From: a virus
Reading direction: 5' to 3' (one strand)
Length of the DNA: 64,000 nucleotides
Virus genome (UHGV): UHGV-0168042
Shown here one piece after another: positions 28,826 to 38,738 of this stretch; the stretch's first letter is position 1; every line of letters begins with the position of its first letter. Below the pieces are notes generated by a model, which was not told the DNA's origin, did not search any database, and saw only the letters and a list, made by a program, of their open reading frames with translations. Made by a program: the position numbers and the translations under genes.

Positions 28826-29023
28826 ATGGCACGCAAATGCAACAAATTGTCCCATAAAGCGTTAAAGATGCTTCTTGATGGCGTGAGTCGCCGCGAGGTA
28901 AAGCAATACCTGGTTGGTAAGCAAATTGGTGCCAGGACCGCTATTGCTGTGTTATGCCGTCAGGAAATGGTTGTGCTTAAACAGAGAATGCTTGGTAGCA
29001 GACAAAGTGCTTCCAGTATTTGA
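28826..29023 (+). CDS. Small hypothetical protein
   Basis: Internal ATG with GGAG RBS; 65 aa. Confidence 0.3.
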   Translation: MARKCNKLSHKALKMLLDGVSRREVKQYLVGKQIGARTAIAVLCRQEMVVLKQRMLGSRQSASSI

Positions 29024-29027
29024 AAAG

Positions 29028-29061
29028 AAGCCCGCCATACCAAGCGGGCTTTTTGTTATTT
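29028..29061. terminator. Bidirectional rho-independent terminator
   Basis: AAGCCCGC-loop-GCGGGCTT followed by TTTTGTTATTT; sits between convergent operons. Confidence 0.55.
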
Positions 29062-29832
29062 CACCTCTTCTGTCGCTGTATCATTGGCCTGTTCTTCTTT
29101 GGCCCGTTCTGCAATCGCCGCACGGCATTTCGCCCTGGCTGTAGCGATTGCTTCTGCTCGTACATCGTCTGGAATCGTTGACGTTATATACATATCCAGT
29201 TCTTCGGCACGGAATACTGTTTGGTCCAGATATTCGCGTAGCATCCAGGTAAATTCGAAATCACACGCGATAATCTCTGCGCTACCTTCTGCACCATTTG
29301 GGAAATGAATAAATGCCTGTTTAGCCAAACCGATAACACGACATGCGGTTACCAAAACAGCGACAACCAGGTTTACATTTTCACACGCTACGGGCTGATT
29401 AACGCCGGAGATTACTCCATTTAACTGTCGGTTATATGGAAGGTAGTTTGAGATGCGTTCTACGCGCCATGTGCCAGTCAGGCTGCCATTTTTAAAGATA
29501 ATTGGTGTAACGGATAGCCCAAGCTCGCGTATAAGTCGTTGCGCTATAGCAGGATCATTAAACAGGTCTAATGCTACACATTCGAAAGACTGCGCAAGGG
29601 CAAACAGTTCTTCCAGAGAGTAGTCTTTGCCCCTGGCGGTGATGTAACGACGAACGCCGCTGTCTGCATCACTCCATATAGCTACGCCATGCTCTTCATT
29701 CAGTTCTTCATTAAAGCCGAGATACGTCATGATAGTGCGTTCAATCGTGTCAAACGGCAGTGACATGTCGGCGTTAACAGCCACCAGCAGGCCATTACGC
29801 AAGCGGTATTGAATTGTTTTAGTGCTTTCCAT
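29056..29832 (-). CDS. Hypothetical protein
   Basis: 258-aa ORF. Confidence 0.45.
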   Translation of the reverse strand: MESTKTIQYRLRNGLLVAVNADMSLPFDTIERTIMTYLGFNEELNEEHGVAIWSDADSGVRRYITARGKDYSLEELFALAQSFECVALDLFNDPAIAQRLIRELGLSVTPIIFKNGSLTGTWRVERISNYLPYNRQLNGVISGVNQPVACENVNLVVAVLVTACRVIGLAKQAFIHFPNGAEGSAEIIACDFEFTWMLREYLDQTVFRAEELDMYITSTIPDDVRAEAIATARAKCRAAIAERAKEEQANDTATEEVK

Positions 29833-29838
29833 GTCAAA

Positions 29839-30516
29839 TCACTCCACAACAAACCAGTCACAGGCCAGCAGGTCGCCAACTGAAGGCACCCACGGAACAA
29901 CTACACCTTGTGCATTTTTTAAGGCGAAATAAGCACCATACGGAACGAGGTCGCCGGGGAAATATCCCTTAATGGCTTCCATTCGTGCCGGGTACTGTCC
30001 TTCAGGAACCAGCCAGCAGAATTGGTCTTCGCCGTTCCACCCGCGTCGAGCAACTTTCTTGCCATCCTTCAGCCACATCAGCGCGTCAGAAAAGTCGGCT
30101 GCTTCAAGGTCGATTTCTTCTTGCTGGGTGGTGATGCCACCAGCAGAAATAGTTACGCTCCCGGTAAGATTAATCATCTCGCCGTTGTCATCCGTAATGA
30201 TGACCGTGGTTCCATTTTTGGAGGCGTCGTTAACCAGGCCATAGCGTTCCTCAAATGGTTTCTCCGGGACATAGAACAGATAACCGTTTTCATAAACGAT
30301 CAGATACCCGCCAGTTTTTGGTCGGTGTTTTTGTAAAAAAATTGCGTCAACACAAACTGTTGCCCCTTTAGGTTCAACGAGTTCGATGCTGCCCCAAAGT
30401 GGGGCATCAGTTACTCCGAAAATAACAACATTTTTGATTTTCGATGCACTAACGTTTTTGTGAGCTTTGTATTTGGGAAGGAGCTTAAAAAGCTCTTTCG
30501 TTGCCATGTTATTCAT
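29839..30516 (-). CDS. Hypothetical phage protein
   Basis: 225-aa ORF; C-terminal MWLKDGKKVARRGW motif is shared with the small ORF at 53195-53395. Confidence 0.4.
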   Translation of the reverse strand: MNNMATKELFKLLPKYKAHKNVSASKIKNVVIFGVTDAPLWGSIELVEPKGATVCVDAIFLQKHRPKTGGYLIVYENGYLFYVPEKPFEERYGLVNDASKNGTTVIITDDNGEMINLTGSVTISAGGITTQQEEIDLEAADFSDALMWLKDGKKVARRGWNGEDQFCWLVPEGQYPARMEAIKGYFPGDLVPYGAYFALKNAQGVVVPWVPSVGDLLACDWFVVE

Positions 30517-30530
30517 AGTCTTTTCTCTGC

Positions 30531-31025
30531 TTATAACTTTTCGTACTGAAGCGGTGTACGCTTGATTTCAACGCGGTCTTCCGATGTACTACCAAAGCCA
30601 CCAGCACCTCGCTCTGTTTCATCGAGTTCATCAACTTCTACCAGCGATACCGGTTCAACACGCTCAAAAATGCCTTGCATGACAGCCATTCCAGGCTTGA
30701 GGCAAATGCCTTCCCCGCCGGGATCAGCAATCAGTTTTGCCATGATTTCACCGCGATAATCGGAGTCGATAATTCCTACGCAGTTAGCCAGGCGAGTATG
30801 TTTTTTGCAGCCCAATCCGGATCGTGGATAGAGTTTCAGACACCAGCCGGGCGGGATCTCCATAGCCAGTCCGGTATACACCCACCAGCTTGAGGAAATT
30901 GCCCCATTGCTATCGACGCATGGTTTTATTTCAACAGCCTCAAAATCCATCGCCGCCGATCCGGAGGTGGCATAAGCTGGAAGTTTTGCTGCCGGATGTA
31001 GGCGTTTCACTTTTACGTAAATCAT
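30531..31025 (-). CDS. dut: dUTPase (deoxyuridine triphosphate nucleotidohydrolase)
   Basis: 164 aa; PRSGLG, GIIDSDYRGEI and RGAGGFGSTS dUTPase motifs. Confidence 0.8.
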   Translation of the reverse strand: MIYVKVKRLHPAAKLPAYATSGSAAMDFEAVEIKPCVDSNGAISSSWWVYTGLAMEIPPGWCLKLYPRSGLGCKKHTRLANCVGIIDSDYRGEIMAKLIADPGGEGICLKPGMAVMQGIFERVEPVSLVEVDELDETERGAGGFGSTSEDRVEIKRTPLQYEKL

Positions 31026-31498
31026 TGTTTTTTAGCTCTCTGCGTGAAGGTGTAAACCCGACGTTTGATATGTGGAACGGTAGGAACAGGAAGACAGGAA
31101 CTTTCAATAACTCCTTGCTCCTCCAGCGATCGCACCGCCCGCAAGAACTGCGACGTGTCGCCGCCAAACTGGCGGGCATAGGTGCTGCCGTTATGAAGTA
31201 TTTGAGCTATTACCCGAGCTTTTGTCTGGCTGTCACGATATGCGAATAGCCGCACGGCCTCTTCTGGCGCAATCGCTAACTGATAGCCTTTCCCGGCACG
31301 GTGTCGAATGAATCCATGCGCCAGTAGGTTTTTGAGTTCGTTACGAGTGCGAACAGATCCGTAATCCAGGAAGTGTGGATTGATAACGACTGGCTTAAAC
31401 CATTCCGTAGGTGCTTTAGCTAATAGAGCTAACAGCTTCCCGGACAATTCTGGATAGGAAGACGGGTAACAATTCAGAGATGGGTAATAAGTTTTCAC
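31022..31498 (-). CDS. Hypothetical protein
   Basis: 158-aa ORF overlapping neighbours by 4 nt. Confidence 0.4.
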   Translation of the reverse strand: MKTYYPSLNCYPSSYPELSGKLLALLAKAPTEWFKPVVINPHFLDYGSVRTRNELKNLLAHGFIRHRAGKGYQLAIAPEEAVRLFAYRDSQTKARVIAQILHNGSTYARQFGGDTSQFLRAVRSLEEQGVIESSCLPVPTVPHIKRRVYTFTQRAKKQ

Positions 31499-31839
31499 CG
31501 ACGCCCCCTTGCCGGATATCGACCTGCATTAGTATCCGGTGCAATAAAGCCGGTAGTGGGGCGAGTGAAAGCGAGATTAATCTTCTCGACCATAGTGCGA
31601 TAATTTTCCTGATAGTGGGCCAGGAGTTTTTCGGCGGCAATGATGGTTACTTTCCGGACGTAGCTTTCTGCTTCCTCCAGATTTCGCCAGTTTTTTTCGA
31701 GGGTAAACACAGGGACGGCCTCAAGCCCGGTCATGATGCCGAACACAACGACAGCATGACTGTTCTTAACACCAGCGGCGAAGGTTACGGTGTAACCATC
31801 TACCTTGAAGCGTCTTGATTCCGTGATTTGACTCTGCAA
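31495..31839 (-). CDS. Hypothetical protein (TTG start with AGGAGG RBS)
   Basis: 114 aa; operator-like half-site GTGTTAGAAA lies about 60 bp upstream. Confidence 0.4.
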   Translation of the reverse strand: MQSQITESRRFKVDGYTVTFAAGVKNSHAVVVFGIMTGLEAVPVFTLEKNWRNLEEAESYVRKVTIIAAEKLLAHYQENYRTMVEKINLAFTRPTTGFIAPDTNAGRYPARGRR

Positions 31840-31912
31840 AGCACCCTCCTAAATAGGCGAGGGTACTTTACAGCAAAGGCGTTAATCTAAAAAGATGTGT
31901 TAGAAATTTAAT

Positions 31913-32941
31913 TTACGAATCCATCAGGCGGCTATTAGCCCCCACAGACACGCCGCCACGGCGAAGATACCGCATAAGTGTTTCCGGTTTCTTCCATGTT
32001 CCTTCCTGCATGATCTCCACCATAGACACCTGCTTTTCAGCCATATCAATAGCGGCCCCGACGCGTGCACTATGCCCGGTCCACGTCCGGTATCTTCCTT
32101 TGTTTGGCGTAGCATCTCTTTTATTCAGCAACACCCAGGCGTCGCTGAATATTTTCTCCATTGCAGGTGCAGTAAGGGGCGTTGTCGTGATCCTGGCCTT
32201 ATTGCTACGGTGTATCGGCGGGAACAGCACTGCGTCAGGATGTTCGCGAAGCCCGGAAACATCCAGCCAGTCATTCAGCACAGCGGTAGTGCGACGGGAA
32301 AGCACCTTATCAAGCCCGGCGGCGGTCGTTATTGTCTTCGTGTGTGAAATATGTAGCGTGACAGTGTCACCTGTTTGGTCCAGATCTCCTACACGAATAC
32401 GCGAGATTTCCGACATACGCATCAGCGTATTGTATGCAACAAAGAGAAAAGCCCGGTTGCGCAGGTCCACCAGCCGTTCTGACCTGGACAACAGGACGTC
32501 GAGCAGTTTCAGATCGTCCCACCGCAGCGGTATAGCCTGGCCTGTTCGTTCGCCTTTTTCCGTTGCCGCTTCACGCCGGATGCGCCGCATAGCCAGAGAA
32601 ACACTTTTATCATCCGAAAGTGGCGGAAGGCCACAATGCGAAAGCAGCATGTTAAGCATGGCGTAGTGCTTATCAATGGTGGTCGAAGCCAGATCAGCAT
32701 CATGCAGCTGGAGAAAATACTCGCGGGCCATCTCTGGTGAGATCGGGAACCAGGCGAGCTGGCGAGCGTGACACCATCTCGCCCAGGAGTGAAACACTAA
32801 CCGGAGATCGCGCAAAGTATTCGGCGCGTAAGCCCCCCGGTCATTCATGAACCGCATAAAGTTTTCTGCGGCCTCCTGGTACTCTTTGCCAATGTTGCGC
32901 AGAAAACCACCGGAGCTGCCAGAGATAATTAATTCACTCAT
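31913..32941 (-). CDS. dre: Cre-family tyrosine site-specific recombinase (Dre-like)
   Basis: 342 aa; aligns by eye with P1 Cre: WFPISPEMAREYFLQL vs WFPAEPEDVRDYLLYL, LRNRAFLFVAYNTLMRMSEISRIRVGDL vs IRNLAFLGIAYNTLLRIAEIARIRVKDI, TWTGHSARVGAAIDMA vs AWSGHSARVGAARDMA; palindromic site about 150 bp upstream. Confidence 0.85.
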   Translation of the reverse strand: MSELIISGSSGGFLRNIGKEYQEAAENFMRFMNDRGAYAPNTLRDLRLVFHSWARWCHARQLAWFPISPEMAREYFLQLHDADLASTTIDKHYAMLNMLLSHCGLPPLSDDKSVSLAMRRIRREAATEKGERTGQAIPLRWDDLKLLDVLLSRSERLVDLRNRAFLFVAYNTLMRMSEISRIRVGDLDQTGDTVTLHISHTKTITTAAGLDKVLSRRTTAVLNDWLDVSGLREHPDAVLFPPIHRSNKARITTTPLTAPAMEKIFSDAWVLLNKRDATPNKGRYRTWTGHSARVGAAIDMAEKQVSMVEIMQEGTWKKPETLMRYLRRGGVSVGANSRLMDS

Positions 32942-33093
32942 GAAACTATTTCGCCTCTATATACAGATGACGCTACGCGAAAAATATAAAAATGACAGGG
33001 TAGCTATAAGTTAATTTTCAAAATACAAGCCTTTGATTCGAGGCGCGTATTTTCATTGATGTCAACACTGATCATCTACCCATGATTATAGCC

Positions 33094-33125
33094 TAACTTT
33101 AAATAATGCCAATTATTTAAAGTTA
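33094..33125. other. rox-like recombination target site (32-bp palindrome, 14-bp arms, 4-bp spacer)
   Basis: TAACTTTAAATAAT-GCCA-ATTATTTAAAGTTA; arms perfectly inverted; begins TAACTT like a loxP arm; matches the rox site of Dre recombinase as I recall it. Confidence 0.8.
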
Positions 33126-33306
33126 TAAAATGGCGATTTTTTTTAATCCATCACAGATTGATTCTGACCAGTAACACGTTGCCTTCATGGTCTTTAATTT
33201 GCGAAGTGTGGTTTATACAGTTGGTTTTCTAAAATTGATGACAAAAAATCACAGCTCTATCCTTTACTCACTCTGTTATTCGACATAAATTTGTCATAGT
33301 AATTTT

Positions 33307-33323
33307 ATGTTAGAAAACTAAAT
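33307..33323 (+). promoter_or_regulatory. Operator-like motif ATGTTAGAAAACTAAAT in the leader of the 33336 gene
   Basis: 15-mer identical to sites near 14183 and 43721. Confidence 0.4.
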
Positions 33324-33335
33324 CGAGTAGGAATA

Positions 33336-34373
33336 ATGAGTAAGAAGTCGATCGAGAAAGAGTACAAACGGTTCCTGCAAACCGCTGAACGGTGGAAAGA
33401 GCTGGTGGTCGCAAACTCTGTTTTCCATGATACCAGTTATGCTGGCGAGGAATTCCGCCATGTTGCATTAACGCATGACCAAAACATATTAGAAGAAGCT
33501 GAAAAATGTCTTGCTGAATGGAAAGCCTTCGTTGACATGTGTCGCGATGCCGACGGCAAAGCGTCGAACATTGTTGAGTCTGTATATTCTCCGATCCCAT
33601 TCATCATTGAGGACACCAATCAAAGCACGCATGTTGTTGTGCAAAGCGCTACAACAACACGTACATTTACACGTGAGCAATTGCTCAAAAAATACGACAA
33701 AATCATAAAGAAAAGCCTGAAAAATAGGGTTTTTTCTCAAATCGTAGGTGCTCTTGAAGAAGAACAGCGCTTCTTTGAAGCTGAGCCTGAAGGCGAGATC
33801 TACCGGGCGCGTAAAGAGGCATATACAGATGTTGTGCTGACAACAAACATCGAAGGCAGCAATGCCCTTTCTCGCTTTAGAGTTGGCGCACATGGCGCAT
33901 TGGTTTTCGCAAGACTACCGAAGACAACGATCCCCGTTGTCAATAATGTTGGTGAACGCCGGAGCATTACAATTTATTCTGGCGTCGAATCGGTACCTTG
34001 CAGCCTTCTCGGCGATTTTAACTTATATCGTGTTCGTGACCTGGAAAAACACCAGCCAAGCTACGTTGCGAAGTCGTACATCTTAAGGAACATCGATATT
34101 CGCAACGAAAACCTTAAGCAGAAATCCGCTAAGATGCTGGAGGATGCCGATCCGGCCATTCGCCATATCATTGAACGTAAGATTCGTACATCGCGTGAAG
34201 CAATGGCAAGGCTGGATAAAATGGATCTGGAATTGTTAGACGTAATGATGGCCTCTGGAGACGACCTGACCGGCATCAAACTGAATGAAGCGCGTAAAAA
34301 ATACGGCAAAGCAATCGAAGAACGTTACGGATACACATTCCCCCAAACGCAGCACGCCGCAAAGCTCTGGTAA
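33336..34373 (+). CDS. Hypothetical protein next to recombination site (candidate regulator; function unknown)
   Basis: 345-aa ORF; AGGAA RBS; sits between rox-like site and terminase in the position occupied by immunity genes in P1 (positional inference only). Confidence 0.45.
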   Translation: MSKKSIEKEYKRFLQTAERWKELVVANSVFHDTSYAGEEFRHVALTHDQNILEEAEKCLAEWKAFVDMCRDADGKASNIVESVYSPIPFIIEDTNQSTHVVVQSATTTRTFTREQLLKKYDKIIKKSLKNRVFSQIVGALEEEQRFFEAEPEGEIYRARKEAYTDVVLTTNIEGSNALSRFRVGAHGALVFARLPKTTIPVVNNVGERRSITIYSGVESVPCSLLGDFNLYRVRDLEKHQPSYVAKSYILRNIDIRNENLKQKSAKMLEDADPAIRHIIERKIRTSREAMARLDKMDLELLDVMMASGDDLTGIKLNEARKKYGKAIEERYGYTFPQTQHAAKLW

Positions 34374-34401
34374 TCACCACCGGCCCCGCACCGCGGGGCT
34401 T

Positions 34402-35910
34402 TTATATATCCAGATCCGGCATTTCGATATCCGCCAGAACCTGATCTCGGAAAGTTGCCATTTCGGCACCAATATCTTCATTAGCAGGCACATAGTCCAC
34501 CAGCATAGTGAAGCAGTAGGTATCCCATCGGTCAGGCGATTTGATGTTTAGCTTTTGCCGCATGTGCTCTTTGCGCATCATCGCCATTTTCCCCTCTTCA
34601 TTCAGTAAAAAGGGGATTTTTGACGCTTGCTCTGCCGTTTTAGGGTCACTGTCTATCCGCATACGCCCTGACTTTATGGCATCACGCGCCATAATATTTG
34701 CGTAGGCACGCTGATTAACAAATCGCTCCCTGTCTTTGTTCGCAAACATGGGTTTTCCCCACCGAATACGTACCGGGTTCGCACCACGACGCACCAACTG
34801 CGCACACGTATCAGAACCAAAACCATCAGCATCAACCGCGATTGTTATATTCGGGTATTTTTCCGGCGTACATTCGTTATATATGAAGTCAGCAAAGGCC
34901 AATGGGTCCATAGTGCCAGGCATCTCCATTACCTTAAAGTTAACAACGCGCCGCTTATCCCTGTGACCTGATACCTTGCAGATGTTGAGGACCGACTTAT
35001 CTCGCCCATTACCAACGTCAGCCGTTGCCACCCATCCCCAGTTTTTCTCCAACAACACCTTGCGGCGAGCAGCGCGATCGCATTCATCACGACCAAGCAA
35101 ATAGCCGTTAATTTCTCGTGGGAACTGACCAAGCACCTTGACCATGTACTCAATAGAATCGCGCCCGCCATATTCCAGAAGCTTCTCCTTGATGAATTGT
35201 GGTGTGACGAACGGTGATTCTTCCGAGTTAAGAACAATTGCTGTCCAGATCCCTTTCGGGTTGCCTGGGGTTTTTGCTCGAGAATGGTGCGAATCGTAGA
35301 AATAACCACTTGGCCTTGTTGGCTGGGATAGCATCAACATCCGGTTATCTTCTTCAGTAAGAGCACCGGTCATTACGCCGATCGCCTTATCAGATATACC
35401 AGATGCTTCATCCAGAATTAGAAGCAAATGTGCCGCGTGTTCCCCCGCCAGCGCTTCTTCGTTGCCGAGTCGATAACCTTTGCAGAGAACTTCCCAAATC
35501 CCCTTACGGGAGCGCTCATAAAACATGGTGTCAGAGAGGACAAAATAGGTCTGCAACCACCCATGACGCTTAACTGCATTCGCCCAATACTGTTTAACGT
35601 ATTTGAATACGCCTGTTTTTACCTGGCCTATCTTGTTAGCAACAATGATGACACGGGCATCGGGGAACAGGATCATAAAAATCAACAGCAACATCGCGGT
35701 AAGGGACGACTTCCCCGTTCCGTGTCCGGACGTGACGGTAGTCCTACTCCCCGTTTCCTGTACGGACTGAATGATCTGCTGCTGCTGGTGGGAGGGGAAC
35801 ATCCCAAAAATATCGACAACAGCCTGGGTAAAGTTGTAGCGGTATTTGATTACCATATCGCGCCAGCGTGGATCTCTGGTGACGCATTTAACCTTGCGCC
35901 CGCCAGCCAT
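34402..35910 (-). CDS. pacB: Terminase large subunit
   Basis: 502 aa; Walker A TSGHGTGKS, Walker B LLLILDEAS; immediately downstream of the small-subunit gene. Confidence 0.8.
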   Translation of the reverse strand: MAGGRKVKCVTRDPRWRDMVIKYRYNFTQAVVDIFGMFPSHQQQQIIQSVQETGSRTTVTSGHGTGKSSLTAMLLLIFMILFPDARVIIVANKIGQVKTGVFKYVKQYWANAVKRHGWLQTYFVLSDTMFYERSRKGIWEVLCKGYRLGNEEALAGEHAAHLLLILDEASGISDKAIGVMTGALTEEDNRMLMLSQPTRPSGYFYDSHHSRAKTPGNPKGIWTAIVLNSEESPFVTPQFIKEKLLEYGGRDSIEYMVKVLGQFPREINGYLLGRDECDRAARRKVLLEKNWGWVATADVGNGRDKSVLNICKVSGHRDKRRVVNFKVMEMPGTMDPLAFADFIYNECTPEKYPNITIAVDADGFGSDTCAQLVRRGANPVRIRWGKPMFANKDRERFVNQRAYANIMARDAIKSGRMRIDSDPKTAEQASKIPFLLNEEGKMAMMRKEHMRQKLNIKSPDRWDTYCFTMLVDYVPANEDIGAEMATFRDQVLADIEMPDLDI

Positions 35911-37274
35911 TAATCATCCTCCGGCGGTTCTATCGCGATATCATCATCTCCGGCGTCATACCCTGCATCAGATGCATCATAATCACCGTAAATTTCAGCC
36001 GTTGCCGAAGGGTCAATATCCAGCTCTTCGTCGTTGGCCTCGAATTCTCCAGCTTTACGCTCGCCATTGCGGTCGTAATCTCCGCAACCCAATTCTTCAA
36101 CAATGGTTGCCACATCCGCCCGGCGCTCTGCCAGCCATAGCGGATGGTTAGCCTGAAGCGTTGCAAACTCCCTTGCCTCTTTGTCCAGCTGTTCATCATC
36201 AACATCATTGACGTCAGAAACAGGTGGTTCGAGAAGAGTGATAGCTTTCGCCGCGCGCGCCGCGAGGATAGCCGGGACGCTGACACCCTGGCGCTCGATG
36301 TATTCAGCAACACCGATATCATCCAGTTCCTCGCGCTCACGCATACGTATAGCGGCGGCGATAACTCTGGCTGCGCGTGCGTCAGCGCCAATGCGATATT
36401 CAATCTCTTTGCCACGCTGTTCGGCCTGTAGGCGTGCTAATTCGAGTTTTTCTCTGGCCTCAGCCTCTTTGAATGCTTGCTGGCGAGCGCTCTGACGAAG
36501 CTTTTCATCCCCCTGTCGCAGCTTTTGTTCGGACTGATATATAGCTGCCAACCTACTGATAAAATCATTCATGTAGTAGGCCGCGTCACTGATTAGACCG
36601 AGAAGGCGCTGCCCAGGGTGCATTCCTTCTGGCTCTTTATCGCCCAAGGTGTCTATTTCCGCCTGTAGACGTTCGGCCTCCTGATCAACAATGCTTTGAT
36701 ACTGAAGTGCGCGCTCTTGCGCCATTTGAATTGCTAACCGCAGGTGTTCTTCTGCGCCGTTCTTCATCATATCGCGAGCCACATTCGTAGTTGGCAATGT
36801 GGCACGCTGCACAGCACCGTCAGGGATCATTGCAGAAGATCCCTCAATTTTTGGGGCACTTTTATCTTCTTCGGGGATCATTTTCGCCATTTTTTCGCGC
36901 AATGATCTCCTGACGGATTCTTTTATCTCATTGTTATTATTTAAATTATTTTCATGATCCGAAGTTTTCTTTCTCGGCATACTTCGGAAAGAACCTGCGC
37001 CCTGCGAATTGTCAATTTCTGTAAATTTTGTTTTTTCTGCACCCTCTTCCTGCTTTTTTGTTGCTCTTCCTGCCCGTTTTTTTTCAGGTGATTTGGTGCT
37101 TTTTTTTGTTGTCTTTACCTGCGACCGCACCTCATTTTTTTTCATATTGAGATGCTTTCTGGCTGTATTGAAGCTAAGGCCATGCTCCTCACAGTATTCC
37201 TTTACAGTGATCCCTTTTTCTTCACGCAACGCTATAAAGCGGGCGCGGTGCTCCTCCCAATTAACCAGACTCAT
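35910..37274 (-). CDS. pacA: Terminase small subunit-like protein with N-terminal HTH and acidic C-terminus
   Basis: 454 aa; N-terminal GITVKEYCEEHGLSFNTARKHL HTH; six GATC sites cluster within about 36680-36960. Confidence 0.55.
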   Translation of the reverse strand: MSLVNWEEHRARFIALREEKGITVKEYCEEHGLSFNTARKHLNMKKNEVRSQVKTTKKSTKSPEKKRAGRATKKQEEGAEKTKFTEIDNSQGAGSFRSMPRKKTSDHENNLNNNNEIKESVRRSLREKMAKMIPEEDKSAPKIEGSSAMIPDGAVQRATLPTTNVARDMMKNGAEEHLRLAIQMAQERALQYQSIVDQEAERLQAEIDTLGDKEPEGMHPGQRLLGLISDAAYYMNDFISRLAAIYQSEQKLRQGDEKLRQSARQQAFKEAEAREKLELARLQAEQRGKEIEYRIGADARAARVIAAAIRMREREELDDIGVAEYIERQGVSVPAILAARAAKAITLLEPPVSDVNDVDDEQLDKEAREFATLQANHPLWLAERRADVATIVEELGCGDYDRNGERKAGEFEANDEELDIDPSATAEIYGDYDASDAGYDAGDDDIAIEPPEDD

Positions 37275-37663
37275 AAAGCAACACCACGCTTTTTAACGGC
37301 GGCATTCCACAGCTTATTCGCCATGTCCACCAGCTCTCGTTGCTCTTTTCGCGCCTGTTCGACTGATTTCCTGCTACAGTTTTTAACCAGTAAACTGCCG
37401 TATTCAGGGGTTCGCCCACGCACCTTGAACTGATATCCGTTCAGGCCATGCAACCAGTATTTTCGTGGGTAAACACGATCATCAAGCTCACAGATTGCCC
37501 TGCTTGAACGAACAAAATGACGAATGATGTTAGTTACACTTACTCGTGAAACATGGAGATGAGGGTATTTTTCTTTGGCGAGAGTGGTAATTTCAGTGAC
37601 TGTCAGATAGCAGTCAGCCCTGATCATGATATCCGCAATTTCTGCGCTGCTGATTTGTTCCAT
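37271..37663 (-). CDS. Hypothetical protein upstream of terminase (position of P1 late promoter activator Lpa)
   Basis: 130-aa ORF overlapping the terminase small-subunit start; operator-like site about 80 bp upstream; identity by position only. Confidence 0.3.
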   Translation of the reverse strand: MEQISSAEIADIMIRADCYLTVTEITTLAKEKYPHLHVSRVSVTNIIRHFVRSSRAICELDDRVYPRKYWLHGLNGYQFKVRGRTPEYGSLLVKNCSRKSVEQARKEQRELVDMANKLWNAAVKKRGVAL

Positions 37664-37741
37664 TAATCCCCCGGCAGGAAATGACCGAGGGGATGATAAT
37701 GAGAATGTTAAAACTGTATAGACTGGTAAAAAGATGATTAT

Positions 37742-37769
37742 ATTAGAAAATTAATATTAAATACCTAAC
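37742..37769. promoter_or_regulatory. Operator-like inverted repeat ATTAGA-N16-CCTAAC
   Basis: ATTAGAAAATTAATATTAAATACCTAAC in the 108-bp intergenic region upstream of 37271-37663. Confidence 0.45.
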
Positions 37770-37770
37770 A

Positions 37771-38163
37771 CTACCAGCGAGACAAACGAACAACATGTTT
37801 CACTTTTGCGATCCACTGTCCGCGATAACTATTGATTACGGCCTGTGCCAGCTTCAAATTGGCTTCAAAATCAGCCTTACTACCATCAGACTCCACCAGC
37901 ATTCCTCCATCTATTTCTGGTAAACATAGATAATCCTGCTCAACCTGCAGCGGCATTGATGGCTCTCTGAATGGCGTTACTTGCTCTGCTTTCCAGCGAA
38001 ATCTAACCCTCATCCCCCTGGTGGTCATTACTAGATAGCCTGTTATAGTGCTTTTATGGCCCACATCAGTACGCGTGGCATTGCATGACACGATCTTACA
38101 GTTAGCGATAGACCACTCCATATTGGTGGCCTGTTGAGTGCTTAATTTGGTAGTCCCGTACAT
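37771..38163 (-). CDS. Hypothetical protein
   Basis: 130-aa ORF. Confidence 0.4.
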   Translation of the reverse strand: MYGTTKLSTQQATNMEWSIANCKIVSCNATRTDVGHKSTITGYLVMTTRGMRVRFRWKAEQVTPFREPSMPLQVEQDYLCLPEIDGGMLVESDGSKADFEANLKLAQAVINSYRGQWIAKVKHVVRLSRW

Positions 38164-38738
38164 CAGAAAGCCTCCCAGTCAGTCGCGATAATATCCACAC
38201 CAGTTGCAAACCAGTCTGTCTGCGCCTGTAAATCACCATTCATCATTACCAGGCGAGGCATCACCATCACATCGCACCCTTCCACAATATCGAATGCCTC
38301 TTCCGGCAAGAATTCGAAGAGCTTTTCTTTGCTGCCAATGCTGCCACGGAACATCGATATATAGCTCCCTTTAGGCCATGATGTCCGCCGGGCATCAAGC
38401 CCTTTCATCATCCAGTAAAAAGCCGAGGAAAAAGGGATATTCTTTTTGCCAATGATTACATTATTCGCTTCTGTGTACTTCAGGAACTTAACTAACCTTA
38501 CCATTGACTCGGATAACGCAACGTATGGCTCATGATTGATTGCTGACACGCTTACACCGTGCAAATCCACGCTTACCACTGTCATATCACCGCTCTGTGC
38601 GGTTTCGATATTGACGCCTTTGCGAACTAATGAGGCGTAAAGTTCCTCTCGCTTTTTGGTCCAGCGTTCCCGCTTCCCTATGAAGTCACTCAAAATGAGA
38701 TCTTCTTCTGCATATGCGTTATCGTTCGCCATTAACAT
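38163..38738 (-). CDS. Hypothetical protein
   Basis: 191-aa ORF overlapping the downstream gene by 1 nt. Confidence 0.4.
   Translation of the reverse strand: MLMANDNAYAEEDLILSDFIGKRERWTKKREELYASLVRKGVNIETAQSGDMTVVSVDLHGVSVSAINHEPYVALSESMVRLVKFLKYTEANNVIIGKKNIPFSSAFYWMMKGLDARRTSWPKGSYISMFRGSIGSKEKLFEFLPEEAFDIVEGCDVMVMPRLVMMNGDLQAQTDWFATGVDIIATDWEAF

Noticed and set aside
31913-32941. Interpretation as a chromosomal integrase marking a prophage boundary with attL/attR
   Set aside because: The protein aligns with Cre, a lox-like palindrome is adjacent, and phage genes continue on both sides; more consistent with a plasmid-prophage dimer-resolution/cyclisation recombinase.
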